Source of the DNA: Methanobacteriota archaeon
Lineage (GTDB): Archaea > Hydrothermarchaeota > Hydrothermarchaeia > Hydrothermarchaeales > BMS3B
Reading direction: 5' to 3'
Length of the DNA: 42,314 bases
Assembly: GCA_013152685.1 (NCBI GenBank)
Contig: JAADFX010000121.1
Location: forward strand, 1 to 42,314
The first letter of the stretch is position 1. Each line of letters opens with the position of its first letter. The notes beneath the pieces are model-generated. The model searched no databases. It was not told where the DNA came from and was given only the letters and a program-made list of their open reading frames with translations. Below are positions 34,798 through 42,314 of the stretch, one piece after another. Both the position numbers and the translations under genes were made by a program.

Positions 34798-35103
34798 ATG
34801 GAGATCTGCTCTGTTTGTGGCTTACCAGAGGATCTGTGCATCTGTGAAGAGATTGCAAGGGAGACCCAGAAAATCACCATATCCCTAGCCAAGCGTAAGT
34901 TCGGCAAGTCGATGACAGTGGTAGAGGGGATAAGCGAGAAGTCTATTAACATCGCCGACCTGGCAAAGAAGCTCAAGGGCGAGCTCGCCTGCGGGGGCAC
35001 CGTCAAGGACGGCAGGATAGAGCTCCAGGGCGACCACCGGCAGCGCGTGAAGGAGTTTCTGATAAAGCACGGCTACTCCGAGGAGCTTATTGAGGTGAAG
35101 TAG
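34798..35103 (+). CDS. sui1: Translation initiation factor aIF-1 (SUI1/YciH)
   Basis: [41 protein letters not shown]. Confidence 0.96.
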   Translation: MEICSVCGLPEDLCICEEIARETQKITISLAKRKFGKSMTVVEGISEKSINIADLAKKLKGELACGGTVKDGRIELQGDHRQRVKEFLIKHGYSEELIEVK

Positions 35104-35107
35104 CGCC

Positions 35108-35608
35108 TTGCATGCGAAGCAGGTTATTGAGGCTGCGCTTTTTGTCTCCTCTGAGCCGGTGTCGGTGGACAAGCTGGCGGAGATTTCAGGAAAAACCCGC
35201 GATGAGGTTCGCGCCCTTGTGGAGGAGCTGCGCAGTGACTACGCCTCGCGCGACAGTGCCATTGAGATTCGCAGCATAGGCGAGGACCACTACCTGATGC
35301 AGGCGAAGGAGGCGCTCTCGGGCCTGCTCATAGAGCTGGTGAAGCCGGCAGTTGCCCAGGACGTGCTGAAGACTCTTTCGCTAATAGCGCTCAGGCAGCC
35401 CATCACCCAGGCGGAGGTGGTCAAGGCGAGGGGCAGCTCCGCCTATGCGCACATCAGGGAGCTCATCGCCAAGGGCTTCGTCGCAGCTGCGCCGGCGGGG
35501 AGGACGAAGATGCTTACCACTACAGAGAAGTTCTCCGATTACTTCGGCTTCAGCAGGGACATCGCGGAGGTTAAGAAGCAGATAGGCAGACTGCTCATGA
35601 AGCGCTGA
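35108..35608 (+). CDS. scpB: SMC-Scp complex subunit ScpB
   Basis: IEAALFVS.EP, LKTLSLIALRQPITQAEV...RG, TTEKF.DYFG. Confidence 0.93.
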   Translation: MHAKQVIEAALFVSSEPVSVDKLAEISGKTRDEVRALVEELRSDYASRDSAIEIRSIGEDHYLMQAKEALSGLLIELVKPAVAQDVLKTLSLIALRQPITQAEVVKARGSSAYAHIRELIAKGFVAAAPAGRTKMLTTTEKFSDYFGFSRDIAEVKKQIGRLLMKR

Positions 35609-35771
35609 GCTTCTGCCTGAGCCTGAGCACCTGCTTCTTCAGCTGCTCGCTCTCCCTGCGCAGGCTGAAGATTTCCCTCTCCAGCGACCTGACCTTCAGG
35701 TAGTGGTAGGCGTTCAGCAGCAGCAGAGCGGCGGTTATTGCGTACAGCGCAAACAAAACTGAACCCGCCAT
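35595..35771 (-). CDS. 58-aa single-TM + coiled-coil protein (below the ORF-track length cutoff)
   Basis: Read by hand: MAGSVLFALYAITAALLLLNAYHYLKVRSLEREIFSLRRESEQLKKQVLRLRQKLSAS. It has a GGGGTG RBS, host-like codons, and fills the gap between scpB and the next gene. Confidence 0.7.
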   Translation of the reverse strand: MAGSVLFALYAITAALLLLNAYHYLKVRSLEREIFSLRRESEQLKKQVLRLRQKLSAS

Positions 35772-35851
35772 AGGTACACCCCTTCTTTTAAGACTGAGAA
35801 GCGTAACATTAAAATAGGAATTCGTCCATAGTGTGCTCGCCCGGTGATTTC

Positions 35852-37222
35852 ATGAGGTGCGATGTTGCAATTATCGGCGCCGGTCCTGCAGGGCTGTTCG
35901 CAGCCTATGAGCTCGCCGAAAGGAGCCGCCTCAGTGTAGTGGTCATAGACATGGGGAAGGACGTGGACAGGCGCACCTGCCCCATGGAGAAGACGGGGGT
36001 GTGCGTGAACTGCAAGCCCTGCAACGTAATGAGCGGCGTGGGCGGGGCAGGAGGGCTGAGCGACGGCACCCTGAATCTGCGCCCCGATATAGGCGGCAAC
36101 CTGTACGAGTTCCTCACCGAGAGCGAGGCCTGGGAGCTCATCCGCTACGTGGATGCGATATACGTGAAGCACGGCACGCCGGAGAAGCTTTACGAGGCCA
36201 CGAGCGAAGAGGAGGAGGAGCTCTCCCGCAAGGCGGCGAGCGCGGGGATAGAGTTTGTGCAGATACCCCAGAGGCACATCGGAAGCGACCACACGCCAGA
36301 GGTGATTAAAAGCATCGCCCGGCACCTGCGAAGTAAGGGGGTGAAGTTCCTCCTGGAAACCCGGGTGGAGGAGATAACACCGGAGCTTGAGCTCAGGCTG
36401 TCGAGCGGCGAGAGGCTTAAGCCCAAGTACGTCATCGCCGCCCCCGGGAGGAGCGGCGCGCCCTGGATGGTGAAGCAGGCGCAGAAGCTGGGGCTGAAGA
36501 TACGCCACGGCCCAATTGACGTGGGGGTGCGCGTCGAGGTGCCGGCGGTTATCATGGAGCCGGTGTGCAGGATTAACAGAGACCCCAAGTTCCACATTAT
36601 AACCAAAACCTATGACGACTTCGTCAGAACCTTCTGCGTGAACCACCGCGGGTTCATGGTGAAGGAGAGCTACAAGGGCTACGTGGGCGTAAACGGTCAC
36701 TCCCTGAGGGATAAGCAGAGCAACAACACCAACTTCGCCTTCCTCACCAGGATAGAGCTTACGGAGCCGGTTGAGAACTCCACGGAGTACGGGGAGAGCA
36801 TCGCCAAGACCGCCACCACCCTGGGAGGGGGCAACCCGCTGATTCAGCGTCTCGGGGACCTGCGCAGGGGGAGGCGCTCCACCTGGAAGCGCATAGACTC
36901 CGGCCTTGTGAAGCCGACCCTCAGGGCGGTTACTCCGGGGGACATCGCCATGGTGATGCCCCACCGCATAGTAACCAACATCCTCGAGGGTCTGGAGCGC
37001 CTGGACAAGGTGATCCCCGGCGTGGCGAGCGACTCTACGCTGCTCTACGCGCCCGAGATAAAGTACTACGCGATGCGCGTGGAGGTGGACAAGAGCATGG
37101 AGACCAGCATCCCCAACCTCTTCGTCGCGGGCGACGGCGTGGGAGTTTCCAGGGGCATAGTCATAGCCTCCGCCACGGGGATACTCGCCGCCAGGGGGAT
37201 AATGGCGAAGGAGGGCGCCTGA
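35852..37222 (+). CDS. FAD-dependent oxidoreductase (COG2509-type)
   Basis: IIGAGPAG, Cys cluster CP...C..C..C, GVGGAGGLSDG, HIGSD, GVRVE, TFC.N, APEIKYY, AGDG.G.SRG. ATG 35852 follows GGTGA. Confidence 0.9.
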   Translation: MRCDVAIIGAGPAGLFAAYELAERSRLSVVVIDMGKDVDRRTCPMEKTGVCVNCKPCNVMSGVGGAGGLSDGTLNLRPDIGGNLYEFLTESEAWELIRYVDAIYVKHGTPEKLYEATSEEEEELSRKAASAGIEFVQIPQRHIGSDHTPEVIKSIARHLRSKGVKFLLETRVEEITPELELRLSSGERLKPKYVIAAPGRSGAPWMVKQAQKLGLKIRHGPIDVGVRVEVPAVIMEPVCRINRDPKFHIITKTYDDFVRTFCVNHRGFMVKESYKGYVGVNGHSLRDKQSNNTNFAFLTRIELTEPVENSTEYGESIAKTATTLGGGNPLIQRLGDLRRGRRSTWKRIDSGLVKPTLRAVTPGDIAMVMPHRIVTNILEGLERLDKVIPGVASDSTLLYAPEIKYYAMRVEVDKSMETSIPNLFVAGDGVGVSRGIVIASATGILAARGIMAKEGA

Positions 37223-37299
37223 CGGGAGGAGTGAGGGCACAGCTGCGCGGGGCAAAAGTAAAATAGGGCGGCGGGAGATACTTCGCATCAGGTGGTTGG

Positions 37300-38667
37300 A
37301 TGGAGCACATCTTTCGCGCCTACGACGTTCGCGGAGTTTTCAACGTGGATGTCACCGCCGAGGTGGCGGCGAGGATAGGTATGGCCTTCGGCACCTACCT
37401 GGGGGAAGGCCGCGTGCTCCTGGCGAGGGACCCGCGCGTTACCAGCGAGATATTTGAGCGCGCCTTCTGCTCGGGCCTTGCCTCCACAGGCGTGGACGTT
37501 TACCTGGGAGGCATGCTCCCCATACCCGTGGCCAACTTCGCGGTGGCGAGGGGAGATTACAGCGCCGGCGCCTACGTCACGGCCTCGCACAACCCGCCGG
37601 AGTACAACGGCGTGCGCTTTCGCAGAGCAGACGGCACGGGCTACACCCGGGAGAACCAGGAGGTTAAGAGGCTCTTCTTCTCGGATAAGCTCAGGCTGCC
37701 GGAGTGGAGCGGCGTGGGCGAGATTGTGGAGCTCAACCCGAAGCAGGTGCTTCAGGAGTACCAGGAGTACCTGCTGGCGAGGCTCAGCCTGGAGCGCGAG
37801 CTCAGGGTGGTCCTGGACCTGGGCAACGGCGCCGCCGGCGTGGTGGCTCCTTATGTTTTCAGAAAGGCCGGAGCGAGGGTGACGACGCTGAACGCTCAGC
37901 CTGATGGGACCTTTCCGGGGCGAAAGAGCGAGCCCGACGCAGAGAGCCTGGCCGACTTAGCTAGAGTTGTGCCTGCAGTGGGCGCAGCCTTCGGCGCGGG
38001 TTATGATGGCGACGCCGACCGCGTGGTGTTTGTGGACGACCTGGGCAGGGTGGTGCAGACTGAGAAGGTGGGGATAATAATAGCCAGGGAGATACTGCGC
38101 GAGAAGGGCGGGGGCACTGTGGTGGCGAATGTGGAGTGCTCCAGCATAGTGGAGGAGGAGCTCTCCAGGCACGGGGGGAAGGTTGAGAGGGTGCGCGTTG
38201 GCGATGTTTTCGTGTGCGAGGCGATAAAGCAGTACGGTGCGGTTTTTGCCATGGAGACGAGCGCCCACTACTTCTACCCCGACTTTTACCCCTTCGACGA
38301 CCCTATTCTAATAAGCCTGAAGCTGGCTTCGATTCTCTCAGAGCGCGGGGAGAGGCTCTCCAAGCTGGTGGATGAGATTCCAAGCTACCCGAAGCTGCAC
38401 CGCAACTTCCCCTGCGACGACAGGATCAAGTTCAGGGTGATGGACAGGATTATCCAGAGCCTCAGGGAGAAGGGCTACACACTAGACCTAACCGACGGCG
38501 CACGCATAGTCTTTGAGGACGGCTGGGCCCTGCTGAGGCCGAGCAACACCTCCCCGCTGATAAGGGCGAGCATTGAGGCTAGAACCGAGGAGCGCGTCAG
38601 GGAGCTTCTCAGCCTGGTGGAGAGGGAGCTGGAGGAGGCGAAGGATAGCGAGGTAAATGTAAAATAG
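37300..38667 (+). CDS. Phosphohexomutase (PMM/PGM/GlmM family)
   Basis: IFRAYDVRG, TASHNP (phosphoserine loop), DGDADR (metal loop), LLRPSNT. Confidence 0.93.
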   Translation: MEHIFRAYDVRGVFNVDVTAEVAARIGMAFGTYLGEGRVLLARDPRVTSEIFERAFCSGLASTGVDVYLGGMLPIPVANFAVARGDYSAGAYVTASHNPPEYNGVRFRRADGTGYTRENQEVKRLFFSDKLRLPEWSGVGEIVELNPKQVLQEYQEYLLARLSLERELRVVLDLGNGAAGVVAPYVFRKAGARVTTLNAQPDGTFPGRKSEPDAESLADLARVVPAVGAAFGAGYDGDADRVVFVDDLGRVVQTEKVGIIIAREILREKGGGTVVANVECSSIVEEELSRHGGKVERVRVGDVFVCEAIKQYGAVFAMETSAHYFYPDFYPFDDPILISLKLASILSERGERLSKLVDEIPSYPKLHRNFPCDDRIKFRVMDRIIQSLREKGYTLDLTDGARIVFEDGWALLRPSNTSPLIRASIEARTEERVRELLSLVERELEEAKDSEVNVK

Positions 38668-38719
38668 GTATGCGTGAGCAGAACGAAAAGGGATTGAAAC
38701 GTTAGGCTGGCTTTAGTTT

Positions 38720-39724
38720 GTGATGCTTCAAGGTGTGGTCAGGAGGATAAGGCAGCGCGCCCTGGAAGAGCTCCGCGCAAGGGGAAACTTCGCCGCATGG
38801 CGGGAGAGGGACTTCCTGCACGGGGAGAGCGTTGATGCGGGAGTTGTGGTGCTCTCCACGCGGGGCTGCGCCTGGGCGCTGCGCGGCGGCTGCACCATGT
38901 GCGGCTACGTCTACGACTCCTCCAGGCAGGTGGGCCAGGAGGAGGTGCTCCAGCAGCTCAGGCAGGCGCTGGCGGGGCTGGAGGGGGTTGCCTACCTGAA
39001 GGTGTTCAACTCCGGCAGCTTCTTTGACCCCGGGGAAATAGCCCCGGAGACGAGGCGGGAGATCTACCGCCTGGTGAACTCCCTGGGGGTTGAGCGCCTG
39101 CAGGTGGAGTCCCGCCCGGAGTACATCTCCCGGGAGGTGGTGGAGGAGGCCGTAGCCCTGCTGGAGCCGGAGCTGGAGGTGGGCATTGGCCTCGAAACCA
39201 CAAGCGACTACATTCGCGAGGTGTGCATAAACAAGGGCTTCACCCTGGCGGAGTTCGCCCGCGCCCTCGAGGTGTGCAGAGGCGCGGGTGCGAAGGTCAA
39301 GGCCTACCTGCTCATAAAGCCGCCCTTCCTCACGGAGGCTGAGGCGATTGAGGATGCCGTCAGGAGCGCCCTGAAGGCGGCGCGCATGGGTGTTTCCAGG
39401 CTCAGCTTCAACCCCGTCAATGTGCAGCGGGGCACGCTGGTGGAGGAGCTGTTCAAAAGGGGTGAGTACCGCCCGCCCTGGCTGTGGAGCGTGGTGGAGG
39501 TGGTGAGGCGCGTTAAGGCCAGGGTGGACATACCCGTGGTGTGTTCCCCCTCCGGCGCCGGCACCGGGCGGGGTGCCAGCAACTGCGGCAGGTGCGACGC
39601 TCGCGTAGTGGAGGCGCTGCGCAGCTTCTCGGCCACGCAGGAAATGCGGCACCTGGAGGAGCTGAGCTGTGCATGCAAGCGGCGCTGGAGGGAGGAGCTG
39701 GCGCTGGAGGTGTTCCTGAGGTGA
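38720..39724 (+). CDS. raSEA: Archaeosine biosynthesis radical SAM enzyme RaSEA
   Basis: TRGCAWALRGGCTMC (CX6CX2C), KVFNSGSFFD, VESRPE, IGLET, KPPFLTE, YRPPWLWS, NCG.CD. Confidence 0.9.
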   Translation: MMLQGVVRRIRQRALEELRARGNFAAWRERDFLHGESVDAGVVVLSTRGCAWALRGGCTMCGYVYDSSRQVGQEEVLQQLRQALAGLEGVAYLKVFNSGSFFDPGEIAPETRREIYRLVNSLGVERLQVESRPEYISREVVEEAVALLEPELEVGIGLETTSDYIREVCINKGFTLAEFARALEVCRGAGAKVKAYLLIKPPFLTEAEAIEDAVRSALKAARMGVSRLSFNPVNVQRGTLVEELFKRGEYRPPWLWSVVEVVRRVKARVDIPVVCSPSGAGTGRGASNCGRCDARVVEALRSFSATQEMRHLEELSCACKRRWREELALEVFLR

Positions 39725-40119
39725 GGATAAGGGTCAGGAGGATCTGCGGCGGCTACGCCGAGGGCGAGGCGGTTGTCACGCGGGAGCCCATCACCTTCCT
39801 GGGGGGCGTCGATCCAGAGCGGGGCGTGGTGGTGGAGCACGGGCACGAGCTGGAGGGGGTGAGCATCGCCGGAAGGATTCTGGTGCTCCCCCACACCAAG
39901 GGCTCGACGGTGGGGAGCTACGTGATATACAGGATGAAGAAGCTGGGCACGGCGCCCCTCGCCATCGTCGCCGTGAGGGCGGATGAGATGCTGGCCGCGG
40001 GGGCGGTAATCTCGGGAATACCCCTGGTGGACTCCCCCGGCGGAGATGTGCTCCGCATACCCCGGGGTGCGAGGATGAGGGTAAACGCCGACGAGGGCTA
40101 CGTAGAGGTGGAAGGTTGA
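39721..40119 (+). CDS. DUF126 / aconitase X swivel-domain protein (phosphomevalonate dehydratase small-subunit-like)
   Basis: GTG 39721 overlaps the RaSEA stop; ITFLGGVDP..G, HELEG.SIAGRIL..P..KGSTVGSY. Confidence 0.88.
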   Translation: MRIRVRRICGGYAEGEAVVTREPITFLGGVDPERGVVVEHGHELEGVSIAGRILVLPHTKGSTVGSYVIYRMKKLGTAPLAIVAVRADEMLAAGAVISGIPLVDSPGGDVLRIPRGARMRVNADEGYVEVEG

Positions 40120-41201
40120 GCTACGCCGTAGCTGAGGAAGAGGAGGGCTTCGAGGAGATTATTGCCAGGGGCTTCGCCATAAGGGCGCGCTACTTCGGCA
40201 GAAGCGTGAGCTACGAGGTGGTGCCCCTCTTTGGGCACGAGCGCAGCTTTGAGATTGTGCTGCGCGGCTTCGAGGGCACTGGATACTACCCCCTATACAG
40301 GGAGAGGGACGGAAGGTACTTCATCACCATCGTGAAGAGGTCGAAGCGGGGCTTCTCCCCGCCCGGGTGGGCGCACGCGCTGCTCCTGCTGGTAACCCTG
40401 GTCACGGTAACCCTGGCGGGATACTACTGGTGGGCGGAGGGAGACCTTCTCCAGAGCCTGCTCTTCGCAGCGGCGCTGATGCTCATCCTGGGCGGCCACG
40501 AGCTGGGCCACTACCTCACCGCAAGGCGCCACCGCGTTAGTGCAACGCTGCCCTTCTTCATTCCCGTGCCCCCCAACATCTTCCCCTTTGGCACGATGGG
40601 GGCGGTAATTACCATGCGCTCCCCCATCCCGGACAGGCGCGCCCTGCTGGAGGTGGGCATCTCGGGGCCGCTCACCGGCTTCATCCTCGCGCTTCCTTTC
40701 ATTGCCTACGGGCTAATGCACTCCACGCCAGTTCCACTGGCGGAGACCAAGGATGAGATAACCTTCTTCATGCCCCTCGCCATGCAGGCGATAGCAAAGC
40801 TTGTGCTGGGCGAGCTGGGCGACGTGAGCCTTGAGGCGCATCCTCTAGCGATGGCGGGCTGGATCGGCCTGTTCGTCACCTCCCTCAACCTTCTGCCCAT
40901 GGGCCAGCTGGACGGCGGGCACGTGGTGAGGGCGCTTTTCCCCAGGCGCTACCGCCTTGTGTACAGGCTGACCTTCCTGCTGCTCCTCCTTGCCTTTCTA
41001 ATCTGGCCGGGCTGGCTCTTCTGGGCGGTGGTGGCGTACCTGATAACCCGGCTGGAGCACCCAGGTCCGCTGAACGACGTCACCCCGCTGGATGCCAGGG
41101 AAAAGCTCCTCGCTCTGGCGGCGCTTCTGCTGCTGGTGCTCACCTTCATGCCCGTGCCCTTCATCTCCACGGAGCTGCTGCTGGAGATTTCAGGGGGGTG
41201 A
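40116..41201 (+). CDS. Site-2 protease (M50 family)
   Basis: HELGH within a TM, LPFFIP, FGTMGAVI, GPLTG, LNLLPMGQLDGGH. Confidence 0.93.
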   Translation: MSYAVAEEEEGFEEIIARGFAIRARYFGRSVSYEVVPLFGHERSFEIVLRGFEGTGYYPLYRERDGRYFITIVKRSKRGFSPPGWAHALLLLVTLVTVTLAGYYWWAEGDLLQSLLFAAALMLILGGHELGHYLTARRHRVSATLPFFIPVPPNIFPFGTMGAVITMRSPIPDRRALLEVGISGPLTGFILALPFIAYGLMHSTPVPLAETKDEITFFMPLAMQAIAKLVLGELGDVSLEAHPLAMAGWIGLFVTSLNLLPMGQLDGGHVVRALFPRRYRLVYRLTFLLLLLAFLIWPGWLFWAVVAYLITRLEHPGPLNDVTPLDAREKLLALAALLLLVLTFMPVPFISTELLLEISGG

Positions 41202-41510
41202 GGGTATCGGCGATAAAGCCTACTCCTCCAGAAAAAACTACAAAATTGCCAGGAGCAGGGAGATAGCCCTGATCTCGCCTCATAAGAAAAAATTCAGAAG
41301 TAAATGAAAGTGTGTTCTTAGTGGGAGAGAACGTTCCATTGCGTACATAGAGATGTAAGTGAAATTCGTGCACGGTTTATATGCTGCGAGGTTTGCGGTG
41401 AGCGAACATATGTATATTAAAGATTTTTACATGCTCTGACGAGAAATTTTTTTATACTACCAGCAATTATAGGAGATGTCCGGAGAAAGAGGGGGAGAAT
41501 CACCCCGGAG

Positions 41511-41975
41511 GTGATGCGAACGGTCTTTGAGGAGGATATTCAGGGACTGAAGGAGTTTGTTGAGAGAGCGAGGAAAAGGGAACTTGAAGCAATTGATGTT
41601 TTGAAAGTATCTATATTTTCATCAGGTTTCATAGTAGGTACAATTCTCATAATACTAAAAGTAAAAATATTTATAGCTCTTTCACTTTTGTTAATTTATT
41701 TTATTGTTTCTTCGGTTATTTTTGGATTATTATTCATGAAAAAGGATTTAGAAGAACATGCAAGGCTTGCTGCCATTTTGATTGGGGGATCTCTCTGGAT
41801 TTTAACTGGAGAACTGTACGAATGGTATACTGGTTGGGAACTTGATCCAACACGTGTTCCTTGGCTTCAGGCATGGGAATCTCCGGGATTTTACATCGGG
41901 GCATTTATAGGGCTAATAACTGGAATCATCGTATACAGATCCATCAAAAAATTCTATGGGGGTGGGAAGAAGTGA
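41511..41975 (+). CDS. AT-rich 4-TM membrane protein of unknown function
   Basis: Open frame with a GGAG(G) RBS and 4 hydrophobic segments; markedly lower GC than flanking genes. Confidence 0.7.
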   Translation: MMRTVFEEDIQGLKEFVERARKRELEAIDVLKVSIFSSGFIVGTILIILKVKIFIALSLLLIYFIVSSVIFGLLFMKKDLEEHARLAAILIGGSLWILTGELYEWYTGWELDPTRVPWLQAWESPGFYIGAFIGLITGIIVYRSIKKFYGGGKK

Positions 41976-42219
41976 GGATGTTTTCATTAATTTTAACAGT
42001 TACGATTATATGTGTGGCGGTTTATATGCCCTAGGTTTATGCACAGAGTGGCGGCTCTAGCTCAACAGCAGATTCCAAGGGCAATGCTTCCATAATTGAA
42101 AAGCTCGCTTATGGTAAAAGCGGCTGGAAGCAGACCGGTTGTGAGCTGTGGCATTTCGGAGACGGGCGCTGGGTTGTAGCCTCTGTCAGCTCCTTGCTCA
42201 CCGCAACCTGAAGGGGTAG

Positions 42220-42314
42220 CTATCTCCCGAACCTGCGCTGCCTCTGCTGGTATGTCCTCAGGGCGCGCAGGAAGTCTATCTTCCTGAACTTGGGCCAGAA
42301 GGTCTCGCAGAAGT
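42220..42314 (-). CDS. uppS: cis-prenyltransferase (UppS-type), 3' end only
   Basis: Read by hand: [34 protein letters not shown], the conserved WP.F...R.RRFG C-terminus. Confidence 0.9.
   Translation of the reverse strand, partial: FCETFWPKFRKIDFLRALRTYQQRQRRFGR

Noticed and set aside
35735..37288. 517-aa minus-strand ORF
   Set aside because: Antisense to the clearly recognisable FAD oxidoreductase.
39721..40119. AcnX small subunit without its large subunit
   Set aside because: The two subunits are often unlinked in archaea, so this is not unusual.
42030..42219. Short minus-strand ORFs downstream of uppS
   Set aside because: About 30 codons with no recognisable motif; cannot be supported as genes or RNA.

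Overview
GC-rich archaeal chromosomal DNA. The evidence for this is archaeal-type genes (RaSEA, archaemetzincin, aIF-1/SUI1, RlmE-TRAM, HdrB/HdrC-like, Sec11-type signal peptidase, CGP-CTERM), AGG-rich Arg codons, GGAGG/GGTGA ribosome-binding sites and AT-rich TATA-like intergenic islands. A thermophilic euryarchaeote-like lineage such as Hydrothermarchaeota is only a guess. Three parts stand out. (1) 1-14.7 kb: an extracellular c-type cytochrome region with helical-bundle proteins carrying CX4CH motifs, a secreted ~1,690-aa cytochrome with 40 CxxCH plus 1 CX5CH built from a 12-heme repeat, two tandem tetraheme nanowire-like paralogs, a co-located S26 signal peptidase, a 5(+1)-heme anchored cytochrome and accessory surface proteins. 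(2) 20.5-29.9 kb: an operon of two divergent tubulin/FtsZ-superfamily GTPases flanking a membrane-anchored coiled-coil protein. One GTPase has tubulin-like hallmarks (SGAGNNW, H11/H12-like tail). The operon is divergent from two bitopic surface proteins that share a cytoplasmic WxRD...G tail. This is the best candidate for an undescribed system. (3) 29.9-42.3 kb: mostly housekeeping genes, plus a split ferritin-like gene pair and an AT-rich one-gene islet. No rRNA, tRNA, CRISPR array or transposase was seen. All calls come from reading motifs by eye; no searches were run.
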